From the NCBI RefSeq assembly GCF_009834535.1, contig NC_045696.1, forward strand, positions 8,000,001-8,064,000: a stretch of 64,000 nucleotides of DNA, given 5' to 3'. Of the stretch, positions 24,599 to 38,559 are shown piece by piece (the stretch's first letter is position 1; each line of letters opens with the position of its first letter). The notes beneath the pieces are model-generated. The model ran no database searches and was not told where the DNA came from. It saw only the letters and a list, made by a program, of their open reading frames with translations. The stretch is from Camelus ferus (lineage: Eukaryota). The position numbers were made by a program, and so were the translations under genes.

Positions 24599-25516
24599 AT
24601 GTGTCAGACTGTGTCACTTCTGCTGGCAGCTAGTTGGACAACTCACACTCCTGGAACTCTGAGGATCTCATAGCAAGTTTCCGTTCTTCAGTCTATGAAC
24701 ACTTCCCCCAGAAGTGACATGCATAAAGTCATACAGCAAATTGGGAACAATGCTTTCTAGTCTCAAGTGTCCCCACAAACACGTTTGAGAGATTCTCCAC
24801 TAAGGGAGTCACAAGAACATGGGACAGCTGCCTATATAGAAAAAGAAAGTAAATCCAAATTACTTCGTCAGCCCCGGTTCAGATCACAGTACAAACTTTC
24901 AAAACATAGGCCACACAGTACAAAACACCGGCCACAATTTTCAATAGCACTGAACAGGAAACCCATAGATTAGGAAGACTGTTCGACTCACTTTGTACTT
25001 TCTGAGTATAAAGCACCATTACACTTTGTTATGAAGGTATGGCTGAGTTCTGGATAGTATTTACATATTGAAGACACATATTAGCCAGATTGAGGTAAAA
25101 AGTTCTTTTGAGTCTATTCTATATATTGTTACCATGTTGAGTCTTGACTGCTTTGCAAGAAATTAACACTGAACCTTGAGGTTAAACTTGTTATACGTGT
25201 TTGAAATAGGAAATTGTATTTACTCACAACCCATGCTTACTAGCACGTTTGTGTAGGAAATTATTTGTGGTTCACACTCCAGTTTCATAATGGTTAAATT
25301 CATTCTCCATGACCACACTTACCTATCTTTGAGCGGCTTGAATTTACCAAGACTGTCTTCTCTTGTCTTGACATTCTCCTGAGGCCAGTATATGTAAATT
25401 AACTTTGTGATCATAAAATTAATTCTAAAAATAATATATATTTTCCTCTATGCCAAGTGGATGGATAGTAATGGCATTCCTTTCGTGATCTGCGGCCAAT
25501 GTCCAAAAGACAAATA

Positions 25517-26261
25517 CAGCTGACCCCTGAACAACATGCGTTTGAACTGCATGGGTTTACTTACATGCAGATTTTTCAGTAAATATATTGGAATTTTGGA
25601 GGGAGATTACAATGAAAAAATAGATGAACTACATAGTCTAGAAAAATAAAAAAAATTAAGAAAAAGGTAAATGTCATGAATGCATAAAACTTACGTAGAT
25701 ACTAACCTTTCATAGGCACAAGATATTTAGTATACAATTTCTGCATTAATTTTGTTTTGTAAGTTTGCTTTCAAAGAATTACATTACCATACAGTATGCC
25801 TTTCTCAGAATTGGAGAAAATGCATATCAGCCTATCATCACAGCCAAGTCGTTTTTTAAAAATATTAATGTTTCCAATACTGTGTTATGAATATGACTGC
25901 AATACTGTATGCCGTAACAATTTTATGACTAGTGTACAAGCTAGGCTACCTTGAAGCAACTGTATGGATTACACTAGGCTACCACAAAGGAAGGTGAGGG
26001 TCCATCTTCTTAACAGATGACAAACTTCGGCAGTACAGTAAACATATTTTCCTGATGATTTTAACTTTTTTCTCTAGCTTGCTTTATTGTAAAAAATATA
26101 GTATATGATACATATATGACATACAAAATGTTAACTGTTTATTGGTAAGGCTTGTGCTCAACAGTTGATTATTAGTAATTTGGGGAAAGTCATATTATAC
26201 ATGATTTTTGACTGCATGGGAGTCAGCACCCATAACCCCTGAATTGTTCAAGGGCCAGCTG
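25517..26261. mobile_element. Tigger2-family (TcMar) non-autonomous DNA transposon, 745 bp
   Basis: TIRs CAGCTGACCCCTGAACAA (25517) and TTGTTCAAGGGCCAGCTG (26261); TA at the 5' side, TG at the 3' side. Confidence 0.8.
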
Positions 26262-27214
26262 TGTATAAAGGCATGAATCCGGCAGGTCTCTGACTCCAAT
26301 CCAATGAGTCTGTTTATGTGACACTGTGCAAAGTACAATTTCACCTCCTGTGGATTTTCCGAAAGCTAGGAGTTGTCTGGGCAGTTTGTGGCCACATAAC
26401 GGGCATTTGGCTTCTTTAAAGCAGTAAGACAAAAAACCCAACAGAAGAGAATAGACAGAGATGATTTGGTACACAGAAAAAAGGAATTAAAATGACCAAT
26501 AAAACATATGAAAATATGTTCAACCTGAGACGAAGTGCAAGCTCCCATTTTTTCACATATCAGACTAGCAAGTTTGACGGACAGAAAAAAACACGCTCAA
26601 ACATTTGTTTTTCATAGGAGTATAAATACAACCTTTTTGGATGGCAACATTTATTAAAATTAATATAGCATACACTCTTTGACCTACCAATATTCACTAC
26701 AAGGAATTTACACTCTGGGTATACTTGAAAAAGCCTGTGATATGTATTAATTTTCACAGCAGCATTTTTTGTAATATCAAAAGATGAGAAATAAATGAGC
26801 GTTGGGAGCATACTCGTATCAGTACTAAAGCTGTTCAAAAGAGTAATATGGAATTACCAATTATATGGTGTAATACTTGTGTAAATTTGATACAAATATA
26901 TAATCAAGTATAAAGATATAAAATTTAATATAAACTGAATGCATATATATGAATGTGTATGTGTATGCAGCTGATATTTTCTGGAAGGACATCGAAAAAT
27001 AACAGTGGTTACCTTTAGGGAGGCAGTGGGGAAGTCTTTTCACTTCTTATGATTCTGCTGCACTTACATTTCTAACTTGGGCACCAGCTCCGCTTCCCTC
27101 TCCCCATCCTTGCTTTCCCCAGTGAGAAAGTGGCCATGCAGATCCTGAGTTTGTTTCAAGACCCACTTGAGTTCAACACTTGTAAATATTCAACACTGGA
27201 GGGTATAGATCAAT

Positions 27215-27380
27215 GGCTTTAAGCAATGGTGCTGCACTGGAAGGCCTTTAACAAAACAAACACCTGATACTTTGGTCCAGCCCCAAAGACTCTTAATTAG
27301 TATGGGTTGCATCCTTACATTGGGGTTCCTAAAAACTCCCCAGGTGATTCTAAAATGTAGGCAGTGGCGAGAACCACCGG
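27215..27380. mobile_element. MER5-like hAT-Charlie remnant
   Basis: CTCCCCAGGTGATTCTAAAATGTAG...GAGAACCAC. Confidence 0.55.
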
Positions 27381-28307
27381 TACCCATCACTTTAATTATT
27401 CCTCCAGGACAAACAATGACCTAATGGGCTGTGTGACAGTAAGAATCAAGTGTCTGAGATCGTGGGCAGAGTCACCAGCAGTACCCACCCACATCAGGAA
27501 TCTGAGGCCCAAATAAAGGACACATGGATATGCCACATCGTTCCTGCTATGTGAACACAGGTTTTACTGATTTTGTAGCCTTAGCTGACTAAAGCAGGTC
27601 CTGTTTGGAGGGACTGTGGACTGTTCTGGTTTACATTCTCATACTGTTTTTGTTTTAAAGTAGTAATGAGTTTAAGCAACACTGTCCTCCCACACTAGCC
27701 TTTTAACAAATTTAACTTAATAAAAAAGGTATCTCTACCTTAAAATTACATATGCCATGAAAGCCCATGTTACTCTTCTGCTAAACTCCTTGTTAGCCAC
27801 ATTTTCAAAGAATCGTATCTTGGCAATATTTTCTTAAAGAGTGAGTAATAGGTATTTCCAAAGAATCATTTTAGCAAGCAAGTTTCTCTTACAAATTCTA
27901 TGATTAACTTTTCCATTAAGCCAGTTAACAGCCATATAAAATCTGCATTTTTACAAGAATACAGCTGACCAAAAGGAAGGAGAAAATAGCAAATTCCAGA
28001 AATAACTGCTACATAAATATTCACAACTTAGACATGCTATACACAGTTATCATTTAGGCAAGGTTTCTTTAGGTTAAGAAAAAGTTTCTTTTTGAGCGTA
28101 AAATGTACACACACACTCTCAAGGTGAGCTCAGTTGTAGTCTTAATGGAAACAAATAGCATTAGTCTTCTAACTATAACTTCTAATTAATATAGTAGAAT
28201 GAGCTCAACTTGAAGGTCCTAACAGATACAATTTTAACTTTCAAAATGTATCTTGAATGTAGAATTCCTTTAAAGTAGTACCTGAAGAGTTAGCCATCAT
28301 ATATATA

Positions 28308-28429
28308 TTTATTTTATTACAAGATATTTTAAAATTTGAGCAGATACAATTGTGACAGAAAACCAGCTTCATACCAAAAATACACTTTCAATTACTTTAT
28401 CAAGCAAATAAAAACAATCTTCATTTATT
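28308..28429 (-). terminator. MORC3 distal polyadenylation signal cluster (AATAAA at 28424-28429, 28313-28318, 28308-28313)
   Basis: Canonical hexamers 1.2-1.3 kb past the stop, at the end of an AU-rich 3' UTR with no recognisable repeats. Confidence 0.6.
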
Positions 28430-29606
28430 TGCTTATTTAAGAAATTAATGTACAGTAGAAATTTAATATTGTACATGACACATGTAATTAAGCATACAAA
28501 AAGAACATATATTGAATGTTCAGAAACAAAAGTAAAAATAAATAGCAATGATAAAACTTTGAAAAAATAATGCACATTTTAGTTGTGGAAAATATGATTC
28601 TTAATTATATATATATACATAATTATACTTAATAAAGTCATCTCTTTCAAATTGCACAAAACATGGGACCAATAAAGCATAATTTTTATGGCATGTAATA
28701 CCATGATCCTAGGAAGTTTGTTGCTTAACTCCTGGATATAAAACACTTAGGTCTGTAATATAATATAAAGATCTGCAGTACTGTTGGAGAAAGACTGTCT
28801 TCCTCAACTCACATTAACCTGTAGTAATCCTACAAAAGGCTGTACAGGAAATTTCACAAAAAGAAATGTTAAACAATTATTGTGCCCACTCCATGCGGAC
28901 TAAGCCAAAAATGGGCTTCAAAGTAAATGTGGCGGGACATAAAATACTTTTGATACTTTTTTTTATACTAAAGATCATTTCTTCTTTCTGTAAAACACTT
29001 TTGTTTAACCATGATTGGCAATCTCAGCACAAAAAAATCCTAGCAAAATGGATAGAGTTTCTACTTACCTTATTTCAGGAGGTAAGAATTTATAGAAAAG
29101 CAGCATTAATGCTCAATTCACTTGCAACTTATCAGGACTGTTAGTCCATTTTTAAAAACCCTGTTTTAAACTTCTCTGTAAGAAAATCAAAGGGAACATT
29201 TCCATTTGTGTTATGGCACAGCCCTCAATTCAGAGAAAAATACACTTTGGGGAACCAGAAAACTGCACAAAGGTTAGGGGCAACCTGAAAACCTATGGTG
29301 AAAAACACTTGAGTCCTCCAGGGTAATAAAAAAATATGCAGACTTAATTACAAATATTTACATTTCAAAGCAAAATCATGAATTGGCTAAGTAGCTGCTC
29401 AATACCAATGATTCATGGGCATTTCAAAAGTGGGATAATGTGTCCACAATACTTGTGTCCACACTTGAATGCATAGAATACAGAAAAGATCGTGGTTCTT
29501 CAGTCTGTTTACCTATCATATCTGTAACAAAGTTGTTTACACTCTGAAAGCTGTACAACCAGAAGGGCTGAGCAGGTATTTTTATTATCTCACATAGAAC
29601 ATACTT

Positions 29607-29760
29607 TTAAGTACTACTGATTTCACTCATTTGTTCGACAACTTGTCCTAAAATCTCATCAACTACATCAACATCATAATTCACTTGCTGAAGATCGAGA
29701 TCAGGTACAATCATGGCCAGCAGCTGTCCTACGTTAACTCGAAGAGATCGAAGTTTGAGG
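29607..29760 (-). CDS. MORC3: MORC3 exon 17 coding part ([19 protein letters not shown]...EISST*)
   Basis: ttgcag|CCT; TAA at 29609-29607; 154 nt. Confidence 0.96.
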
Positions 29761-32700
29761 CTGCAAATACAAATATTTCACCTATTAGATGAACATTATA
29801 AATAACAGTTTAATAGTCATGTAGGGCTTAATATTTAAGAAAAACATTAAAACTGAATCTCTGTAGAATGATATACAACTAAAGGAAAAGCAAAACTTCT
29901 CTAGAGAACAGAATTTAATAATTCATTTAACTTAATTCATAATTTAATCTAATAATTAAGAATTTATCAGTTGATAAATAGAGTGTTTCATAAAACTAAT
30001 CACTCTATTTGGTTCCAACTAGTACAATTTTAATATGAGACTGGAGAAAATGTGGACTGGTAAAATACATTTATTACAATACATTATTTACAACTGAAAA
30101 TTTTGTTATTACCTGGAAAACAATGGTGATATTATACTAAGTGAGAACATTGAACAAGAATGCATCTCTTTGAATTTCAGCTTCCTTTTGAGGAAAGTAA
30201 ACTGAATTATTCACTAAAACATGTACTGTGAGATATCCATAGTTGTATAAAAGGAAAAAGAAATGGTTCTGTGGTCAAATAAACTTATAAAACTTTGGGT
30301 TAAATAATGTTAAACAGGACTTTATTTTAAAATGCAGGATTTCTTTGAACCTATCATATGCTAAAGTTCACTGACTATCCATTTTACTATGCATTTATTA
30401 TAAACATTGGGAAATCCTGGATTAGATTATCATTCCTTCCTGGTGCACATACATGTATGTGAGTATCAACATTCTAGACTTTAAATACCTACAGCCACAC
30501 AGCAGCCTTTGCTTCGAAGCTGAGTGAAACACGTGGATCAAGTGTTAACGTATGCTCTTATTCTGCCCCCTTCAAAATGTAAGTCCATTTTATTTTAGAT
30601 ACTGATCTTTCCAGGGTGGAAATCTCTGATGGGGCAAGATGCTCATCTTTGGGTTGACAAGGCACAAAAATGTTATTTTAAGCATGTTTTGTGAGCTTAA
30701 GATTCCACTGGGTCTTTGATAAAATTTTACATCATTCCCATACCAGTGGTTTTCTTGTCCAAGCTTTCCCACTCATCTTCGATCAGAGGCCCATTTCTAT
30801 ATGACAAGTAGACAAAAAGATCAGTATGATCCTTTCATAGTCTACTGACTGTCCTGGCTAATTCCTCTTGTCTGCGGGACACGTCACAGATCCCTATGTT
30901 AGTGTATAGAACAGCACTGAGAGAAATACTGAGTTCCATATGCTATTTAAAATGTTTGAATAGCCACATTAAAAACTAAGATGAAACAATAAATGTTGTT
31001 ACATATTTTATTTAACCCAATGTAGCTAAAATACTATCATTTCATCATATAATCAAAATACTGAGGTATTTTATTTTATTTTTTTAAATACCAGGGTATC
31101 AAAATTCAGCATGTATTTTACACTTAAAGCACATCTCAATTCAGACTAGCTAAATTTCAAGTGTCAGCAGCCAAATGTGGCTATACTGTTTCGGAAAAAG
31201 CACAGGTCTAAAAGCTCGTGAGTTACTCAAAGTTTAGTGTACAAGTGAATCATCTAGTTGATTGTTTGAAAGTTTCCAATTTAATAAACTACTCCAGGGC
31301 CCAAGGATCTGCATTTTTATAAGCATCACAGATGCTTGTGGTTCCCATTTTCAGAAACACCAGTTAGGATTTTTTTCTGACCCCCTGCCTTCCGTGCTGA
31401 TAGGTACTATTCTATCCTTTCTATTTCCATGAACAGATTTAACGAAATCCTTCAAAAAACTTAAGCTAAAAAACCAAGTAATAATATATCTAATGTCAAG
31501 TGAGGATAGTAGGAGATTATTTCTCAACAAGAGTACCTTTTAGGTATGAAGTCTTATATTAGCAGGAAGAATTGCACAATTTTAGCCCTTAATGACAATT
31601 TCTGAATAGTAAGTTATCAACAGACCACCAACACTGTCAGAACCCCAAGCCCATTTGAAATCTTACTCAGAGAAGGTTATCATTCATTTACTGTTTTCTT
31701 ATTTTCACAGAACTTCTTCCTAATTAATCCCCTGTACCATGTAATTCTGTGATCTCCTAAAAGTTAAAATTGAGGAGGGCATGTAGTAAAATGAGCTAGC
31801 AAACCATAATGAAATGGTGCCAAGTACAGAAGTAAAGGAAATCACGGTGAAAAAGTAAGTTTCATGAAACAGTCCACTGTCTTCTAGTCACTGCCTAATT
31901 CAACCCGTTCTTCAGTATCTGGTTCAATTTTCACTTTTCCCCAAGAAGCATTCCAAATCACTCTGACCAGTCAAGAGCTTTATTCCTTTGACATTCCTAT
32001 TCCACTTAAGTTGAGCCTAAATTGTTAGTTCCTTGAAGGGACAGATGATGACATGCACTTCTTTTGTAACTGTCTATCATAATGTTGGGACCACAGCAGT
32101 TAACTTTTTTTTATTTTTGAGTTTATTTGAGCAAAAATTCATTCGAATAGGGCAGCAACCTTCTAGCAGATAGAAAGGAATTTCAGTCAGTAACTTCCTT
32201 TGAAAGAACAATCTGTTTGATGTGTGCTAGCAACTAAGTTATCATGCTAACCAGAACTGTAGACCTAGAGAAATGCCTCATTTAATATTACCTTTCCCCA
32301 TCAGTATAATTTACAGACTCCTCAATGTTACTTGAAGTTGAAACATCTGCTCCCATCTGTTGACTTGTAGATTTTAATTGTTCGATTTCATTTTTCAGCT
32401 CTTCACACTGTGAACGGATTTGTGATTTTTCCAGTTCCAATAATTCAACCTGACAAAAAAATTACTTAATTAATTTTATAACCGTAAAATTTTAAAATAC
32501 TATTGTCAAAGTGCAGATGTAAGCTAAGAAATGTAGAAAATCTTGCTTGGTGAAAATTACCATCAAAAAAATCAGATTAAAAAAAAAACCCAAAAAACAC
32601 ACCACAAAAAAAGCAATAGCTTTCTATAAAGATTCACTTGTTCAGTTTCACCTCTGTCTTTCCACATTAAAAGAATAAAAAAAATATTAAAGCATGACTA

Positions 32701-35700
32701 AAACAAGTGGGACCTAAAAACCAAAAAAAACAAGATAAAAATGTCTAAATTATGTTGATATCATAATGACTTTCATTTCTTGCACACTCATTAGCTAAAG
32801 CTAAAACAGCAAAAAAGTTAAAACAGAAAGCTTGTATTGATTTTTATGTATTTTGTCATCTAGCTAAGCCAACACATCAGGAGAAATGTTTAAATGAGCA
32901 GATATGTTGGTATCACTGCCAGGAAGAAGGGGAAATACAGTACTATACGGTCGTTTCCAAACTCTTTTTAGCAGAAAAACTCTCCTTTCGAACACCATGT
33001 AAATATAATACATAAAATGTTTTTTAAAAGGAGCTACCCAAATTTGAATTGGGGGTTCCTTTCTTCCTCAGTAAAAGAACACCTGAATAAAGACTACATT
33101 TCCAGGGGGAGGATATAGCTCAAGTGGTAGAGTGCATGCTTAGCATGCACAAGGTCCTGGGTTCAATCCCCAGTACCTCCATTAAAATAAATAAACAAAA
33201 AACTAATTACCTACCCCCTAAAATAAAAAATAATAATAATAAAAAAGACTATATTTCCAAGTTATCCACTGGCCAGGTGACTAAGTTTTGACAGATGGCA
33301 TGTAAGCACCTTTTAGGAATCGCACCTTCCTCTTTCCTGCGACCTGGAATGTAGCTATATGCTGGCTGGGCCCCAAGGGCCATCTCAGATCACAACTGCA
33401 GGTGGAGAAGCAAAGCAACAAAGTAGGAGCCTGTGTCTCTGATGGCTGTGCAGCTGCTATCATTATTTGAGGTTTTATGTCACCTGCAAAGGAACCTGAT
33501 CATAACCAATACAGGATACATCTGTAAAATGAAGTATCACCATCCACCTCAGATGGTTATTTTAAGACTTATTAATAACAGGCACAGAACTCCCATGGTA
33601 TTAGTAAGTAAGCATCTAAGTGGGAATGAGAAAGATGGTCCCTCACTGCACAGCAATGTCCTATACACTACAGGACATTTACCAGACCTGGTCCCCATCC
33701 ATTAAATTCCAGCAATGTCCATCTCCAAAACCGTCCTACACATTTCCATATGCCCCCAGGGAGGACCATTTCCAGGTGAGAACCAGTGGAGTAGCAGATA
33801 GTCGATAAACAGAAATATTAAGTGATTTATTCTAATCTAGCCAATAGCAGTTAAGATTTAGATACCCCTGGATCCTCATGACTCCCATTATGCTGAGTGA
33901 TATAACTCACCTCACTTTTATACTGGTCCCTCTCAATACTGCATTTGTCCAGCTGTCTAAATACATCATCCAACTGCACAACCATTTCGTCCATCTCACT
34001 TTTATTCTCACTATTGGAACACTGACTGCATTCAGCCTTTACTTGTTGCAAAGCACTACACTGTTTTTTCAGCCTTTCTATTTCTTCCAAAGCTTGCCGA
34101 TACTGGGATACAATATGGTCTGGACTTTCAGACTTGCCATTAATACTTGCAAGTAAAAATACAGCATCAGTTTCAGTAGACTGATGGCAAGTTTCCTTCT
34201 TCACGTATCTGTCGTTCATTTCCAGCAGCCTCTGCTGTAACACTTTGATTTGGTCAGTAAACATATGACACTGTCTTTTATAATTTTCTTTCTCTTGGGT
34301 GACAAGAAGCAGCTCATTTCTCAGTTCACTTAACTGGCAACCAGCATCACCAGCAGATTTATCAAATGTTTCCTGGGTTTCATGTGTCTTTCCTTCAGCC
34401 CCCACACAAGGCGGCAGTAGAGTCGTGTCATTTCTTACGTCTATCTCATCTTCGACCGCTTCTTCCTTTTTAACCACTAAACTTGGTACTTCAGTCTGGG
34501 TGGCTGCAGTAGTTCCCTGATCGCACCTGGATGCTGAAGTGCCTGTTGAACCAGTCTGGCCACAAGCTTCACTGTCACCCACAGGCTCGATCTGAACTCC
34601 ACTTTGCTCCAGGTGACTCTGCTGCAATTTCACTTCAATATCATCATCCACTGCAGGCTTGGGAGTGCTGTTTTCTTCTAAGATGATGACATCTTCATCA
34701 TCATCGTCATCTTTGTAATTTTCAAATGCTTGATTACTCAATCTTCGATTCTTTGCATTCAAAGTTGATGAACGAGTAGAAAGTCTCCGTTTCAGGCTAG
34801 AAAATATTTTAAGTATAAAATGTAAGATTATAAAATGTAGACATGGACAAAAATAGATGACCTTGAAGTAATCTAACTATCTTGAAATTCTAAGAAATGC
34901 CCATGTTCATTTTTTTTTTAAATGATGTATCTCATAGTACTGCCCAACGACTTAATGAAGTAGACAGTATTTTCTCCTTTTACAGATGAAGAAACAGACT
35001 ATTGAGACCTCTTAAGTATCAGATCCATATACTGCCAAACATCTCTTCATTTGATGTCCTCCGGCATTTCAGTCTACACATGTGCAAACAGAATGCTACC
35101 ACCCATCCCAGGCTGCTCTTTGAATCCCAGAGCTCAGTGAGTGGCACCGCCATTCCAGTTTGCCCTCCATAGTATTTTCTTAATCAACATTCAGTGATCC
35201 AAGGTGAGCCACAAAGTAAACCTGCATGCCCTATCCTTTCATGTAAAACAATTTCCCCTGTATTAAAAATTGCCTCACTTTCTTCATCTGCTTAATTTTT
35301 CCGTGAATTTATCACCAATTAATTACTTTTTGCCCCACTCAGAGGGCTTGTTATTTGGACTTTATGTGTTAGACCTTATTTCTCAAGAGTTTCCCCTTTC
35401 TTATATGGAGAGGGAATAATCTCCAATAAAATCTTGAGAAAGGGTACACACAACATAAAAAATGTGAAATTTTCCATGATGAAAATATCTTTATTCATCT
35501 CTCAAGTTCATTGCTGGCTTGATTTTTATATAGACTTCTAGGTTAGAAATCACTTTCTCAAAACTTTAAAAGCATCATTCCATTGTCATCTGTCATTCAC
35601 TGTTCTTCCCACTCCGATTCCTGATCTCTTGCATGTAGCCTGGGTTTTTCCTTTCTGGAAGGAAAAAAACCTCTCTTCTCAGGTGCTCTAAAATTTCATG

Positions 35701-38507
35701 ATGATATTTCTTATCTTTTTCCAGACATTATGCTGGGTATTTAGCATAAACTAAATCTTTCTTATATTATTTCCTCCCCTTTGTTCTCTGATTCCCATTC
35801 TGAAATCTCCTTATTCAGATGTTGGCCCCTTATGTATTTCTTTCAACTATGTATCTTTTCCTTCTAAGAGATTTATTTGTTCAGTATCTACCCACCTCCC
35901 AATAAATTTCACATGGTTCCATCTACTCCCTTTGTTTCACTTTTGTACATCTGGGGATCCTTGGCTATATTTATATTTCAGACTGGAAGCAGTGAGGTCT
36001 GAGCGTGTGATTCCAAGGGTGCTCAAGCTGTCATCATTGTTTAGGGCTTTTCTCTGGGGAGCCTCTGGGGAGCCCAATGAGGGAATGAAGGGAGAGGATT
36101 TCTCATCATTCAGTTATTCATCCCTTACTCCTTCTGTTTCCAAAACAGTGGCTCACTCACATCTTCAGCAGCAAAAATTGCTCCAGAAAGTAAATTTCCT
36201 ACCTTCTGTCAGAGAAAGAGAAGCAGCATTGCCGGACTTTGCAGATAAGAAAGAGGTTTAGGGAACTACTCTTCCTTAAATGTTCATACAAGCCCCTGTG
36301 GTCACCTCTATTTTCTACCGTCAGAAGTATCCAACCAAATTCTGAGACTGCCTAGGGATCTATGGAGTTAAGCATTTAATTAGAAGTTGCCCTTTTATTT
36401 TTCTTACCAGGCTAATTCCTATTTGTCTCTCTTAAGACTTATTTTAGGTACCACCTTTCCAGAGACTTAAGCTCTATGAACTTGAGAATGCTGGCTTTAA
36501 AAATTAATGAATAATTTCCCTCTATTTTCTTCTTCCATTTTAAAAATAAGTTCCATTATCTTGTCTATAAACGCTAGAGATTCTCTTACTTTGTCTGGAA
36601 TCATCTTTATAAAGAAAAGCCAAGTGTATTATGAGGACGAGTTAAAAAAAAATTCACATATGTTCTCAGTTAAACAGCAATGCGCCAGAAAACAAATCCT
36701 CAAAATGTAGGCTACAAAGAGCAAACTATTTAAAAACATGCTTTCCTTGATACATAGGTACACAATACATTTACTATATATATGAGCAGTTATTCTAATC
36801 TTTTCTGAATCTTCAAAAGTTCTTTTGAGAATCTGATGAAGGCTATAAAACCTCTCAGAACATCTGACCCCACTATTTCAGAGAATCTTGTATCAATGTT
36901 TCTCTTTCAACAACTATCAGATGTAGTCAGTCTGATGTACTAGTTTATTGGCATCATGCTCTTTCTTCTTCACCTGTGTTCATTCTAATCCCTTTGAAGG
37001 GGCCACCTGGGCAGAGTACTGCTCTTAGAATTTCAGGAACCACCTTAAGTACCACCTCATCATAAAGCCTTCCCTGGCCATTCCAGTCAAGAGAGCTAAC
37101 CATTCAACTCACACCACTTATACATCTCTCTTCCTTCTCCATCCACTTACCCAAAGTACACAGCATGGCACTGGCTAGACTAAGAACTTATGGGTCACAT
37201 CTGACGTTACAATATCGTATTCTTAACCACTTCATGTTTTTCTTTACTCAGATAATGCTAATTTTAAAAGTAGGAATTTTCATACTATACAGAATTTCAA
37301 AGAGTTGATAACTTCCACAATGAATACAACTAATACTATTTTAATTGATTTAAATAGGTGGCATAAGTGAAGCGGAGGTAAGTTTAGACAATAAAAGCAA
37401 AGTAATGTGCCCTTAAGATCTTTTATATGCATATAAACTACACTTACTTAGAAGTACATTACTGCCATAGAAGTGTCACGTAAAGGCTGTGTTTAATACT
37501 CATTCCCCATACCTGTTATTCTCAGGTTCAGACTGGGGTGAACCTCGATGATTTATAAGTCTTGTTGCATAAGTATTTGCTGCTTCTGAAAGGTGTCCTC
37601 TTGGAATACCTTCCTTAACAGGAGAAAAGCTTTGACTTGACACAGGATTTGTTGGAAATAATAGTTCAGCAGGAATCTGTTGAAGGGAAAAAGAAAAATG
37701 TTCTTAAAGGAATTTTTTTAAATGTGCCATGTCTAAAACACAAGATACTATTTCTCATATCCCCTTATCCCAGAAGGCACTGAGAATCACCCTAAGCACA
37801 TAAAGTCATTGTCACCTGAACCAAATCCAGTCTGCAAATGAGCTAAGAATTTTCAAAGGCATGAAGAAAACAAAGAAAAAATATTCCACAGAGACTGTAT
37901 GTGGTCCACAAAGCCTAAAATATTTACTACTTGGCCTTTTATAGAAAGATTTGCTGACCCTGGACTATATATAGAACTTATAGAGATGGGGAGGGTAGCA
38001 GCTCAGTGGCAGAGCACATGCTTAGCATGCAAGAGGTCCTGAGTTCAAAATCCAATACCTCCATTAAAAAAAAAAAAAGCTTATAGAGATATAATAAAAA
38101 CTTATTTTTCTAATGGAAAGAAATTGAAAATAAATAAAGATACTGCCTTTAAAAACCAAAGTGAGCCCACTATTCTTTTCTCCCAGTTCTGTTCTCATCC
38201 TCAAACCCTCAGTCTTTATACAAGAAAACACTTCAGTGTAATTACAAGCACACATACCCATCTGCAGCAGACCAAAACTTACACAAGAAGTACAACTACC
38301 TACTCATACACTCAGAAAGCATTAAGCATTAAGAAAGATAGGGGTATGGGATTAAGACATAAACTACTATGTATAATATAGATAAGCAACAGAGATATAA
38401 AATGAACAAATGGGACCTAATTAAACTTAAAAGCTTTTGCACAGCAAAGGAAATCATAAACTAAATGAAAAGGCAACCTACAGAAGCGGTGTATGTGTAC
38501 GTACACA

Positions 38508-38559
<52 letters not shown>

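Noticed and set aside
33105..33180. tRNA-Ala-like sequences with A and B boxes (also at the other six SINE loci)
   Set aside because: They have A-rich tails, TSDs and diverged stems, so they are SINE heads and not tRNA genes.
33851..34762. 303-aa ORF as a stand-alone gene
   Set aside because: It is MORC3 exon 15 plus read-through into intron 15.
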